IMG/VR virus record: IMGVR_UViG_3300034091_000288
Location: 1-58,439 of that record
Length of the DNA stretch: 58,439 nucleotides
Strand: one strand, 5' to 3'
Source of the DNA: a virus
Taxonomy: Duplodnaviria; Caudoviricetes
Shown: positions 43,911 through 53,540 of the stretch, piece after piece
Layout of the letters: the number at the start of each line of letters is the position of its first letter
How positions within the stretch are numbered: position 1 is the stretch's first letter
Notes under the pieces: model-generated
Told to the model about the DNA's origin: nothing
Databases searched by the model: none
Seen by the model: the letters and a program-made list of their open reading frames with translations, nothing else
Translations under genes and position numbers: made by a program

Positions 43911-43923
43911 GAGGCGACCGCCC

Positions 43924-44106
43924 ATGCGCAACCCTGAGCACGAAAAGATCGTGGCAGCGACCGGCTGCAAGTACCTCGGGACTTCGGACGGGCTGGTGTG
44001 GTTCGACGCGCCAAGCCATTCCACCCTGGTCGTTCCGGAACCCCAATTCTCATTAGAGGCTGTCCAGCAGCGCCTCGCAGAGCACGCGCTCGCTATGGCA
44101 GCCTGA
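43924..44106 (+). CDS. Hypothetical protein
   Basis: AGGAGG-ATG. Confidence 0.65.
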   Translation: MRNPEHEKIVAATGCKYLGTSDGLVWFDAPSHSTLVVPEPQFSLEAVQQRLAEHALAMAA

Positions 44107-44119
44107 AAGGAGAGAGCCC

Positions 44120-44233
44120 TTGGACTTCAAGCCTTCCCTCAAGCTGCGCTGGCCCGATTACGCGCTGGCCTTCGTCCTCGCCATTTGGGTCGTGGCCGCC
44201 GCGCTGGCCATCCGCCACTCCCTCATGCGTTAG
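44120..44233 (+). CDS. 37-aa single-TM peptide (not in ORF track)
   Basis: AAGGAG-TTG; YALAFVLAIWVVAAALAI. Confidence 0.55.
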   Translation: MDFKPSLKLRWPDYALAFVLAIWVVAAALAIRHSLMR

Positions 44234-44351
44234 CCAAACAGTCCCGGCCCTGCGCCGGGGCTGCGCACTGCCCAGGGACCGAAGTCCTTATCCGACTTCG
44301 ACAGAGCGCCCTGGACGGTGCGCAGTCCAAATCCACTCAAAGGAGAATTCC

Positions 44352-44975
44352 GTGAACACAAACCAAACCGTCCATCTGGCCTGCCAGGAAGGCAAGAGCG
44401 ACAAGGTTTACGATCTCTCGCTGGTTCAGAAAAACGGCGGGTGGGTCGTCAACTTTGCTTACGGTCGCCGTGGCTCCACGCTCCGGCCCGGGACCAAAAC
44501 CGCAACCCCGCTGCCTCACGAGTCTGCCCTGAAAGTGTACGAAAAGACGTTGGCCGAAAAACTCGGTGAGGTTCCGCCCTACCACGTCGTCAAGAATGGC
44601 GAGGAAGCGAAAGCGCCGAACGGCGAAGTGAAAGCCCAGGCTGAGAAGAAGTCGAAGCCCAAGCCCAAGCCGGAAAAGAAAGCGCCGGCCGCGAAGAAAA
44701 CCGTGAAGCCCAAACCGAAGAAGGCTCCGAAGAAAACCCACGCCAACGCTCGCAGCAGCAAGCCCCGCTGGAGCCCGGCGACCAGCGCCTACGTGTGGCC
44801 GTGCGAACTGTGCCGTAAAGCCATCCCGAAGGAAACCGTATTCTACCTGCGGGCCGACGGCCAAGTCGCGCATCACAAGGGCTGCCACCAGGGGGCGCAC
44901 AAACCCGCGAAGCGTGTTGCCAAACCCGCCGCGAAGCACGCCAAGGCCGCGCAACGCAAGCGCACGGGACGCTAA
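44352..44975 (+). CDS. WGR domain + Lys/Pro/Ala-rich linker + Zn finger
   Basis: EGKSDKVY...WVVNFAYGRRG. Confidence 0.8.
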   Translation: MNTNQTVHLACQEGKSDKVYDLSLVQKNGGWVVNFAYGRRGSTLRPGTKTATPLPHESALKVYEKTLAEKLGEVPPYHVVKNGEEAKAPNGEVKAQAEKKSKPKPKPEKKAPAAKKTVKPKPKKAPKKTHANARSSKPRWSPATSAYVWPCELCRKAIPKETVFYLRADGQVAHHKGCHQGAHKPAKRVAKPAAKHAKAAQRKRTGR

Positions 44976-45052
44976 CTGCATGAAACTGCATAACCCGCCG
45001 GGGGCGCTTCCCGCCCTCGGCCCAACCCCATTCTCACGAAAGGAGAATTCCC

Positions 45053-46606
45053 TTGCTAACCTTCACACAGCAATTCCTCGCCGCACGCGGGGCCAGCACG
45101 CCGCTGGTTGACGTGCGCACGTTCGACCCGGCCGCGACGATCTCCACGATCATGGAATCGCTCAACGGGAGCCGGACGCCCATCCTGTCCTATGACTTCA
45201 TACGCGGGATGCGCGGCTGCAACGACAAGGGCAGCGACATGCTCGCCGCCCTCTTCGCCGATGGCCCGGACCCCAAGGAACTCACCACCGTCGCCGAAAA
45301 CTTGCAGATCATCGACGCGCGGGCCGACCGGCTCCAGGATGCCGTGATCTTCTTCCACAACGCGCACCGCTACCTTTCCGACGCGGGGGTCATCCAGGCC
45401 GTCTGGAATCTCCGTGACGTGTTCAAAACCACTCGGTCCATGCTCGTGATGCTCACCACGTCCGGCGCAGTGCTTCCGCCCGAACTGACCGAGGATGTCA
45501 CGATTCTCGATCATCCCCTGCCCAACCGCCAGGAACTCGTCACCCTGCTGGACGTGACCTACCAGAGCTACGCGGACACCCTGAAAAGCAAAAAGCGTTC
45601 CGTGCCGAAGTGGGATAAAGAGAAAACCGCCGACGCCCTGGCGGGCCTCTCCGCCTACTCCGCCGAACAAAACTTCTCCATGTGCCTGGACCTGGAGGGC
45701 AAGAATTCACCCAACCTGGACGCCCTGTGGGAGCGCAAACGCAAAACCATCGAACAGACTCCGGGCCTGTCCGTGTGGCGCGGCACCGAAAAGTTCGACG
45801 ACCTGGGCGGACTCGACAACATCAAGAATTTCCTCCGCCGCGTGATCGCTTCGCAACGGCTCTCGCCGCGGTGCTTCCTCTTCATCGACGAAGTGGAAAA
45901 GGCCGTGGCGGGCGCGGGCTCCGACCTGTCGGGAACCAAAACCGATATGTTGGGCACCCTGCTCTCCTGGTTCGAGAACCGCAAAGCCAAAGGTGCCCTG
46001 CTGTTCGGCGTGCCCGGTACCGGCAAGTCCGCCATCGCCAAAGCGGCGGGGAATGAAGCCAACGTCCCGACTATCGTATTCGACTTCGCCGGGATGCAGG
46101 CTTCCCTGGTCGGCGAGTCCGGAGCGCGCCTGCGCGCGGCCCTGGGCGTCGTCGATGCCGTGGCGGAAGGGCAGGTGTTCGTCCTCGCAACCTGCAACTC
46201 CATGCAAGCCCTTCCCCCGGAACTGCGCCGCCGGTTCAAGCAGGGGATCTTCTTCTACGATCTCCCCACCGACGACGAACGCAAACCCATCTGGAAGATC
46301 TACCGCGCGAAGTATGAAATCGACGCGAAAGACAAAGCCCCTGGCGACGATGGCTGGACGGGCGCAGAGATCGAACAGAACTGCCTGCTCGCCAACTCGC
46401 TCGGCGTCACCCTGGCCGAAGCCGCACAGTACGTGGTGCCCGTGTCCATTTCGGCGCGGGAACAGATCGAACTGATTCGCCAGCAAGCCGCTGGCCGGTT
46501 TATCTCCGCCTCACGCCCGGGCATCTATCAGCCGCAGCGCGTGAAGGTGCAAGTCCCCGGCGAGCGCCGGTTCATCACGATGTCGGCGAAAGGGGGTACC
46601 GCCTAG
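45053..46606 (+). CDS. Ycf46-like AAA ATPase
   Basis: DLGGLDNIK, GVPGTGKS, SLVGES, LPPELRRRF, WTGAEIEQ. Confidence 0.88.
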   Translation: MLTFTQQFLAARGASTPLVDVRTFDPAATISTIMESLNGSRTPILSYDFIRGMRGCNDKGSDMLAALFADGPDPKELTTVAENLQIIDARADRLQDAVIFFHNAHRYLSDAGVIQAVWNLRDVFKTTRSMLVMLTTSGAVLPPELTEDVTILDHPLPNRQELVTLLDVTYQSYADTLKSKKRSVPKWDKEKTADALAGLSAYSAEQNFSMCLDLEGKNSPNLDALWERKRKTIEQTPGLSVWRGTEKFDDLGGLDNIKNFLRRVIASQRLSPRCFLFIDEVEKAVAGAGSDLSGTKTDMLGTLLSWFENRKAKGALLFGVPGTGKSAIAKAAGNEANVPTIVFDFAGMQASLVGESGARLRAALGVVDAVAEGQVFVLATCNSMQALPPELRRRFKQGIFFYDLPTDDERKPIWKIYRAKYEIDAKDKAPGDDGWTGAEIEQNCLLANSLGVTLAEAAQYVVPVSISAREQIELIRQQAAGRFISASRPGIYQPQRVKVQVPGERRFITMSAKGGTA

Positions 46607-46882
46607 ATGGACCACCAACCCATCACGATCAGCCAGCTTGCCGATTTCATCCTCGGCAAGCCTGCGGAGACGGGGCAGGACTTTCAAGATTTGGGCCTGC
46701 CCATGCTCGGCGGGTGCGAAGTCTGCCACGCCAGCATCGCCTGTTACAATGCCTGCCCGAGCAAGACCGGGTACCTGCGCTGCCGCCAGTGCATCGGCAA
46801 CCTGGGCTACGCAACCCTGGAAGAGGCGAAAGCCGATCTCTTCCCCGAAGTGGAGCCGGCTCCACAGAAAGCGAGCGCCTGA
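46607..46882 (+). CDS. Cys-rich hypothetical protein
   Basis: CEVC..C..C..CRQC. Confidence 0.6.
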   Translation: MDHQPITISQLADFILGKPAETGQDFQDLGLPMLGGCEVCHASIACYNACPSKTGYLRCRQCIGNLGYATLEEAKADLFPEVEPAPQKASA

Positions 46883-46883
46883 C

Positions 46884-47216
46884 ATGCCTTGCTGGACCAT
46901 CGTGCAGACCCAGGTGCAGTTTCTCGAAAAGTCCACCAACCTGGACTTGCTCAAAGCCGCGCTGGAAGCGATCGGCTTCACCGTTCAGAGCGTCTCACAG
47001 CGCGGCCTGACGTTTGCCGGGATGGGAATCGCGGGAACCTACGACAAACGCACGGGCTCGATCACCACGCGGGGCACTGTCGACATCAACCTCGTGAAGC
47101 GCCAGTACGCCAAGCAAGTCGCCATCAGCCAAGCCAAAAAGCACGGCTGGAGTTTGAAGTGGTCCACCAACGCGGCGGGCAATGAAGTCGCGGAAGTCAT
47201 CAAAAGGAGGTTTTAA
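46884..47216 (+). CDS. DUF1257-like protein
   Basis: LLKAALEAIGF...RQYA...AKKHGW; linked to Ycf46-like AAA. Confidence 0.6.
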   Translation: MPCWTIVQTQVQFLEKSTNLDLLKAALEAIGFTVQSVSQRGLTFAGMGIAGTYDKRTGSITTRGTVDINLVKRQYAKQVAISQAKKHGWSLKWSTNAAGNEVAEVIKRRF

Positions 47217-47218
47217 CC

Positions 47219-47446
47219 GTGAGCAACCTTGACCGCATGACCATCGAAATCCTGCCGGACGGCACGCTCAAGACCGTGGCCGATGGCGTCAGCAAACCGA
47301 ACCACGCCAACGCCGAAAGGTTCCTGCGGGCGATGGCGGAACTCGCCGGGGGCGAAACCACCACCGAAAAGCGGAATGACCCGGAAGCCTTGAAGCACCG
47401 CCACGAGCACGAGCACGCCGAGGAACGCCATCACCTGAAACACTAA
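47219..47446 (+). CDS. DUF2997-like protein
   Basis: IEILPDGTLK..ADG; His-rich tail. Confidence 0.55.
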   Translation: MSNLDRMTIEILPDGTLKTVADGVSKPNHANAERFLRAMAELAGGETTTEKRNDPEALKHRHEHEHAEERHHLKH

Positions 47447-47470
47447 ATCCAAACCGAAAGGAGAATCCCT

Positions 47471-48541
47471 GTGGCTCGATACAAGCTGTCCATCAGTCCC
47501 GACAAATTCGAGTGCAAAATCTGCGGGAAAACCATCCCGCCCGAAACCGAATTCTACCTGCGCGGCAAAGACGATGCCCGGTGCAAGCGTTGCCGGGAAG
47601 CGTTGGCCTGGGCGCCGCCGCGCTTCGCTGCCACCGAAGAAACCCTGGCGAAGATCAACAGCAAAACGAAGAAGATCGAGGAGCGCGTCGTGTTCCTGAT
47701 CGTCCACTTTCACGCCCTGGGCAACCAGCGCAAGGTGGAGACGGAAGAGATCGAAGTCGAGCGCGCCGACAAAGACCGCCTGTCCGTCGCCAAGCGCCTG
47801 CTGGCGTCGCCCGAGTACGAAGTCATCAAGGGCTTCGATTCCATGATCGTGAAATACCTGAACGAGATATGCTCGGGGAACTATGACCCCGCCGTGCGCG
47901 TCCTTTCTCTCGCGATGGTGGAGCAGGCCGAAAGCGCGCTGCGCTCCGCCGTCGAGAAACGGGCCGTCCTGGTCGAGCGGTTTGTCGAAGCCTATCCGAA
48001 ACTGAAAGAGGAAGCGCGCAAGGCCCTGGGCAAGCTGTTCGAAGAAAAAGACTACCCGCCTGTCGATCAAGTCGCGGCCAGCTTCCGCATGGACTGGTCC
48101 TATCTCACCTTCGCCACGCCGGGCAACCTCAGCCTCGTCAACCCGGAGATGTTCAGCCAGGAACGCAAGAAGATCGCGGCCAAAATGGAAGAGACCTTCA
48201 AGGAAATCCGCGACACCATGCGGCTCGGCCTGCTGGAGCTCGTCACCCGCCTCAACGATGCCCTCAAGCCCGGCGAGGATGGCAAGCAGAAAAAACTCAC
48301 GGCGGCTTCCGTCGAGAAGCTGCAAGACTTTCTCCAAACGTCGCCCTTCCGCAACGTCACCGGGGACGCCGACCTGGAGAGACTCACCGCCGAACTGCGC
48401 AAGATCATGTCCGGCCTGGACCGCGACAAACTCGCGGAGAACGAAGGGCTGCAAGAGCGCGTCCAGAAAACCATGGCGTCCGTCGCCGTGAAGCTGGAAG
48501 TGATGACCAAGGGCGCGCGCAAATTCCGCATTGAGACCTAG
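47471..48541 (+). CDS. Zn finger + helical domain protein (DUF3150-like)
   Basis: FVEAYP...LGKLFEEKDYP..F..RNVTGDADL. Confidence 0.55.
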   Translation: MARYKLSISPDKFECKICGKTIPPETEFYLRGKDDARCKRCREALAWAPPRFAATEETLAKINSKTKKIEERVVFLIVHFHALGNQRKVETEEIEVERADKDRLSVAKRLLASPEYEVIKGFDSMIVKYLNEICSGNYDPAVRVLSLAMVEQAESALRSAVEKRAVLVERFVEAYPKLKEEARKALGKLFEEKDYPPVDQVAASFRMDWSYLTFATPGNLSLVNPEMFSQERKKIAAKMEETFKEIRDTMRLGLLELVTRLNDALKPGEDGKQKKLTAASVEKLQDFLQTSPFRNVTGDADLERLTAELRKIMSGLDRDKLAENEGLQERVQKTMASVAVKLEVMTKGARKFRIET

Positions 48542-48557
48542 CGAAAGGAGAATCCCC

Positions 48558-48929
48558 GTGCAAGTCAACGGCAAACTCGAAGGCACAAAGCAGTGGGTGG
48601 AACGGTACGGGGTGACGGGCGACAGCGGCACCGAGTACGTCGTGTCGAAAAAGGCCGACGGCACCTGGGGCTGCTCTTGCCCGGCGTGGAAGTTTCATCC
48701 CGCGCCCAAGGCCGACTGCAAACACATCCAGCGCGTCCAATACGACCTGAACTTTGCCCGCGTGATCGACGGCGCGTTCGCACGCCAAGCCGCGCCGCCT
48801 GCCACCACGCGGGCCGACCCGCGTACCGCCGAATTCGAAAAACAACGCGCCATCCCCCGGCAGGAGCGGCCCGCGCCTCTCCCGCCCCAACTTGCCAGCC
48901 TGCGTGTGCGGCAATTCCGCATCGCCTAA
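48558..48929 (+). CDS. SWIM Zn-finger protein
   Basis: YVV....GTWGCSCPAW...CKHI. Confidence 0.8.
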   Translation: MQVNGKLEGTKQWVERYGVTGDSGTEYVVSKKADGTWGCSCPAWKFHPAPKADCKHIQRVQYDLNFARVIDGAFARQAAPPATTRADPRTAEFEKQRAIPRQERPAPLPPQLASLRVRQFRIA

Positions 48930-48952
48930 TCCACAACCGAAAGGAGAATTCC

Positions 48953-49330
48953 GTGAACCCCACCCTCACCCGTCTGCGCACTTTTCTGCGCGTATGGTGG
49001 TACCACGTGAGCGGCGACTACCAGCGCGCCGCGGTTCGCCGCTATGCGCAGATGCGCCACATCACGACCGACCGGGCCGCCCTCGAATTGGAATATGGCG
49101 CGGCCGTCTCCACCGTCATGCACGCCGCCCGCAAGCTGGGGCTGCGCGCCTCCATCACCCTCAAGGGCCCGGACCTGCCCGACTTTGACGCGCCCCTCCA
49201 CACTTGCGCGTGCGGCAGGCCCACGCCCTCTGCGGGTCCGTGCTCCAAATGCCTTTCCGAAACCTACGAACGCGACCGCGAGAACGAAGCGGTCGGAAGG
49301 GAGGAATCGTGCGACCCCACGACAAACTAG
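48953..49330 (+). CDS. Hypothetical protein
   Basis: AAAGGAGAATTCC-GTG. Confidence 0.65.
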   Translation: MNPTLTRLRTFLRVWWYHVSGDYQRAAVRRYAQMRHITTDRAALELEYGAAVSTVMHAARKLGLRASITLKGPDLPDFDAPLHTCACGRPTPSAGPCSKCLSETYERDRENEAVGREESCDPTTN

Positions 49331-49884
49331 CCGCCAAGCTGACGGCCTATCTGTCCGCACATCCGGGCGCGGACTTGTCCGAAGTCCAACGCGCCCACCA
49401 CTGGACTCGACACACCGCCATGCGCGCCGAGGATGTCCTGGTCCGCCGCCGTGAGATCGTGCAGCGCGGCGTCGGACTCTGGCTCCGCGAGGACAAGCGC
49501 AGCCCTTACTACAAACAAGACCACGCCCCACTCAAGATGCCGAACCTGCGTGAGTTGCTGCTGGAAAAAGTCCGCTACACGGAAAGCGAGGGTTCGATGC
49601 ACAGCCGGTACCTCGACGAACTGCGCGCCCTGCCGACCCGCGAACGCACCCCTGGACAGCAACGCGACTTGGACCTTGCCGCACACCGCGTCCGCGTCCA
49701 CGAAGCCCTGGTCGAATTCACCGAAAGCCTGCTCCGCAAGGCTGCACGGGTGGAACGGTTGGAGGCGTTGAGAGCGGCAGTTCTGACCGAGCACACCGGA
49801 AAGTTAAGCGGGTGCGAAGTATGCAAAGCCGTCGTGGCCTGCGAAGCGCAGGAAGAACAGGAGCCTTGTGAAAACAAGAATTAA
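49309..49884 (+). CDS. Hypothetical protein
   Basis: GAGG-GTG, overlapping chain. Confidence 0.55.
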   Translation: MRPHDKLAAKLTAYLSAHPGADLSEVQRAHHWTRHTAMRAEDVLVRRREIVQRGVGLWLREDKRSPYYKQDHAPLKMPNLRELLLEKVRYTESEGSMHSRYLDELRALPTRERTPGQQRDLDLAAHRVRVHEALVEFTESLLRKAARVERLEALRAAVLTEHTGKLSGCEVCKAVVACEAQEEQEPCENKN

Positions 49885-50179
49885 GAAGCTGGTCCTTTGT
49901 CCCGACTGCGGCGTGGCCCCCGGCAAGCCGCACGCGGTCGGCTGCGATGTCGAACGCTGTTCCGTCTGCGGCCTGCAACGCCTGGGCTGCGCATGTGAAG
50001 GCCACGACCGGGCCTTCGCCCGCTGGACCGGCATCTGGCCGGGCTCGATCGAGGCCACCTACCTCAGCCTCGACCTTAACCAGTTCTACGCCCAGGGCCT
50101 CCATCAAGTGTTTTTCGTGAAGCCCTCGCCACTGCCCATTGAGTTGCACACCATCAAAAGTGAAAGGAGGAAACCGTGA
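49868..50179 (+). CDS. Cys-rich phage protein
   Basis: [23 protein letters not shown]. Confidence 0.75.
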   Translation: MKTRIKKLVLCPDCGVAPGKPHAVGCDVERCSVCGLQRLGCACEGHDRAFARWTGIWPGSIEATYLSLDLNQFYAQGLHQVFFVKPSPLPIELHTIKSERRKP

Positions 50180-50376
50180 GTCGAATGAAAGACCTGTACT
50201 GCATCAGTCGCGGGGAGCCCACGCTGCACGACGTGTGCAAGCTGCTCGGCTTACCGCATGACCCTGACCGCACCACCGAAGCCATCGTGAAGAAGCACCC
50301 GTCGCGTTGCTCCGCCTGTGGCCTGCCCTGGAAGCGCTGCAAAGGCCACGGTCGAGCCAGCGAACGGAAGCTGTAA
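50176..50376 (+). CDS. Small Cys-containing protein
   Basis: AGGAGG-GTG. Confidence 0.6.
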   Translation: MSRMKDLYCISRGEPTLHDVCKLLGLPHDPDRTTEAIVKKHPSRCSACGLPWKRCKGHGRASERKL

Positions 50377-50477
50377 AACAAAGAGCCGCCGGTCGTCGGA
50401 TTCGGCGGCTCCCTGCCCCGGCTCTCGAACCTTTCCACGGGTAACGCCAGCCGGGTTTCGAAATTGGAGACAAGTAT

Positions 50478-51275
50478 ATGTCCAAAGTCTGGAAAGGCAC
50501 ACTCACTTTTGGTTTGATCTCGTTTCCCTGCTACTTCGAAACCGGAGCCCGCGAAGAGGGCATCGGCCTGCACCTGTATCACGCGAAATGCAAAGGCCCG
50601 GTCAAGCGGCCCAACTTCTGCCCGGAATGCAACCGCCAGCCGGAAAGCGAAGAAGTCGAGAAGGGTTACGAACTGGACACCGGCGGCTACCTGCCGATCA
50701 CCAAGGAGGATCTCGACTCCATCGCCGTCGAAAACGAGAAGGTCATCGAAGTCATCGCCACGGTTCCGGCCAAAGACGTCGACCCCGTTTATTTCAACGA
50801 AAGCTACTGGCTCCTGCCGGACAAGCCCGGTCGGAATGCCTACGGCGTGCTGCTGGCCGGGCTCATCAAGGACAAGTCCATCGCCATCGCCCGCCTCACC
50901 AAAAACCAGCGCGAGCACGTCCTGGCCCTGCGGCCTTCCGGCAAAGGCATCTGCATCCACTACCTCTATTACGGTGCGGAAGTCACCCTGCCCCCGGACT
51001 ACGAAGCGCTGCAACTGCCCGCCGTCAAGCCCGAAGAAGCGGAACTGGCTCGCCAGCTACTCGAAAACATGCGCACCAAATTCGAGCCCGACAAATTCGA
51101 GGATGGCTACCAGAAGCGCCTCGCCGCCTTGATCGAACAAAAGATGAAAGGCGGCAAGCCCAAGAAGGCCGCGCCGGCGAAACCCAAAGCGCAACCTGCG
51201 CCCGACATGCTCGCGGCCCTGCAAGCCAGCCTTGCGGCCAATAAGCGGAAATTCCGCGTGGAAGAAAGGGGGTGA
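50478..51275 (+). CDS. ku: Ku DNA end-binding protein
   Basis: VWKGTLTFGLI, KGYE, VDPVYFNESYWL, FEPDKFEDGY, DMLAALQASL. Confidence 0.95.
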   Translation: MSKVWKGTLTFGLISFPCYFETGAREEGIGLHLYHAKCKGPVKRPNFCPECNRQPESEEVEKGYELDTGGYLPITKEDLDSIAVENEKVIEVIATVPAKDVDPVYFNESYWLLPDKPGRNAYGVLLAGLIKDKSIAIARLTKNQREHVLALRPSGKGICIHYLYYGAEVTLPPDYEALQLPAVKPEEAELARQLLENMRTKFEPDKFEDGYQKRLAALIEQKMKGGKPKKAAPAKPKAQPAPDMLAALQASLAANKRKFRVEERG

Positions 51276-51278
51276 GTC

Positions 51279-51440
51279 ATGGAAGGCGTCCGGAGGTTCA
51301 AGAATTTCGACGAATACATCGACTACGTGATCGCCCACCTGGAAGCCGCGAAAACGCCGACGCAGAAAGCCTACTGGCAGAAGCAGGTCGACCACGTCTA
51401 CGAGCGTCTGCAACACTTTCAAAAGAGGAAGCAAACCTAA
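51279..51440 (+). CDS. 53-aa hypothetical protein (not in ORF track)
   Basis: MEGVRRFKNFDEYIDYV...; fills gap after Ku. Confidence 0.6.
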   Translation: MEGVRRFKNFDEYIDYVIAHLEAAKTPTQKAYWQKQVDHVYERLQHFQKRKQT

Positions 51441-51491
51441 CCCTGCGGGCGCACCGGCGTGCGCCCGCTATCTCTCTCCCAGGAGGAAACC

Positions 51492-51851
51492 GTGACTTCC
51501 CTCATTTATCAGGTGCCCCGCGCCAGCGTGGCCTTCACCAACCCCGAGATCGAACTGCTCATGGCCTGCTCCGCCGCGCACTACGACTGGCTCTGCAAGG
51601 CGGCGGGAAAACCCGGACCGGACGGGTTCTTGTGGGGGCTGCATTGGAACGGGAAAGGCGACCTGTGGAGCCGCGAAGTCGATCTGCTGCTCAAAATTCT
51701 CGAACAGGCCGCGCTCCTATACGCCGACGACCCGATCAAGCTGCGGGCCGCCATCGCGTTGCGGGCTGAACTGGTCAAGCTGTTCCACACCTTTGCCGAT
51801 AAGGAGGAACCCCTTGCGCAAAACCCACGCTCCGCGTCTGGTCGTCGGTGA
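51492..51851 (+). CDS. Hypothetical protein
   Basis: AGGAGG-GTG. Confidence 0.6.
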   Translation: MTSLIYQVPRASVAFTNPEIELLMACSAAHYDWLCKAAGKPGPDGFLWGLHWNGKGDLWSREVDLLLKILEQAALLYADDPIKLRAAIALRAELVKLFHTFADKEEPLAQNPRSASGRR

Positions 51852-52296
51852 CGCCGGGTGGGCCGCCGATCTGCCCGAGTGGCTGCTCAACGCCGTCGCC
51901 CTGGAACGCCTGATCGACAGCATGATCGGGCTAATGCATCCCGAAAAACTCCGCGAGGAAGTCGGGGACGCCGAAGTCGTTTGCTACCTCATGACGGCCT
52001 CGCTCCGCGCCCCCATCCCGTCGGACTTGGTGGAAATCTACGAGTGGGTCTGTGCCTGCCTGCTCAAAAACCACAAGCGCGAACTCACGCCGGAAATGAA
52101 GAAGAAACTCAAGGACGGCCTCAGCGAATGGCAGCAGTCGGAACTGCGCGATCTGCGGCACCATCTGTGGACCCTGCGCGGAGGCCACTTCGTTCACCCC
52201 CTCGTGCAGATGCTCCAAGACCTGCGCGACCATCCGCCCAGCCCGCAACTCTCGCTGGCACTGGAAGGAGAGCCCCGTGAAGAAACCGAAACGTAA
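51814..52296 (+). CDS. Hypothetical protein
   Basis: AAGGAGG-TTG. Confidence 0.65.
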   Translation: MRKTHAPRLVVGDAGWAADLPEWLLNAVALERLIDSMIGLMHPEKLREEVGDAEVVCYLMTASLRAPIPSDLVEIYEWVCACLLKNHKRELTPEMKKKLKDGLSEWQQSELRDLRHHLWTLRGGHFVHPLVQMLQDLRDHPPSPQLSLALEGEPREETET

Positions 52297-52498
52297 GACC
52301 ATTCTCTTCTCCGAACTCAAGCGGCTGTCGATTGTCAATAGGCCGCCGAGTCCGGTGGACGCCCTGGGCCATCGCATGACTTGGGTCGGCTTCACCTGGG
52401 TGGACGAAGGCGAGGCTCATGGGGACGAAGTGCTCGTGGTGGATGACCCGGTACCGGAAAGGAGGAAGAACCGTGCGATACACCGTAACCGAAAGTGA
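52277..52498 (+). CDS. Hypothetical protein
   Basis: AAGGAG-GTG; WVGFTWVDEG. Confidence 0.6.
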   Translation: MKKPKRKTILFSELKRLSIVNRPPSPVDALGHRMTWVGFTWVDEGEAHGDEVLVVDDPVPERRKNRAIHRNRK

Positions 52499-53540
52499 GC
52501 CGTTCACGGTCATGGACAGCGACACGCCCGTCATCAGCTATCCCGACCGCGCCGACGCTGAACGCTTTGCGGCCCGGCTCAACCGCAAAGTGCAGAAGGT
52601 TGCCGACGTGCTCCCGGCCATGCCCACCGCCGCCGCCTTGCGCATGGCCGACGAAATTGACCGGCAGCGCAGCGCCCCACCCGAAATCAACATTCCCGAC
52701 TGCGAATTGCTCGAAGAGATCGACCGGCCCCGGGCTGAGCGCCTGCTCGCCAACGACGCCTACTGGCTGCAACTCAAGGCCAATGGCAAACGCTGCCGCA
52801 TCCTCAAGGCCCAGGGAAAGATCACGGGGCTCAATAAACGGGGCGAGCGCATCGCCCTGCCACCAGCCCTGGCCGCCTTCACCCAAGCCCTGCCCTTCGC
52901 CAGCCTCTTGATCGACGGCGAACTGATGCCGGGCGGCCACTACATCGCCTACGAACTGCTGGCCCAAAGCGGCATCGAGGATCTCCCCACCCGCGCTTAC
53001 TCGTTCCGCTTTTACGAGTTGCTCACCCTGCTCAAGGACGCGCCGGCCGAAGTGATCGAGCCCATCCAGACCTGGTTCACGGAGGGCGCGAAGAAGGAAG
53101 GGCTCGCTGAACTGGAAGCCGCCAAGGTCGAGGGCGCCGTGTTCAAGAAAGCCGATGCGCCGTTCCGCCCCGGCCGCAACGGCCAGCATTTGAAGTACAA
53201 ATTCGTCAAAAGCCTCACCGCGAAGATCATCCCGAAAAACGCGAAGGATGAAGCCAAGGGGCATGAGTCCGCCGCCCTGGGGCTCTCGAACGGCAATGGG
53301 AAGTGGGTGGAAGTCGCCCACGCCTCGCTCATCGGCAAGATCAAACTCGTGCCCGCTGCGCAGCGCTCCGGCTGGCAGTGGCTCGGGAAGCACGTCGAAG
53401 TCGAATACCTGATGGGCTACGGCACGAAGGCCGCGCCGCGGCTTGTGCAACCTCGCATCGTCGCCGTGCGCGACGATACGACCGACCGGGACTGCGCGCT
53501 TGCCCAGGTGCAGTTCCACCAGGGACAGGGGGAAAAATGA
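52473..53540 (+). CDS. ATP-dependent DNA ligase
   Basis: Motifs KANGKR, IDGEL, YIAYELL, EGAVFK, LKYK; C-terminal VEVEY..P...VRDD. Confidence 0.85.
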   Translation: MRYTVTESEPFTVMDSDTPVISYPDRADAERFAARLNRKVQKVADVLPAMPTAAALRMADEIDRQRSAPPEINIPDCELLEEIDRPRAERLLANDAYWLQLKANGKRCRILKAQGKITGLNKRGERIALPPALAAFTQALPFASLLIDGELMPGGHYIAYELLAQSGIEDLPTRAYSFRFYELLTLLKDAPAEVIEPIQTWFTEGAKKEGLAELEAAKVEGAVFKKADAPFRPGRNGQHLKYKFVKSLTAKIIPKNAKDEAKGHESAALGLSNGNGKWVEVAHASLIGKIKLVPAAQRSGWQWLGKHVEVEYLMGYGTKAAPRLVQPRIVAVRDDTTDRDCALAQVQFHQGQGEK

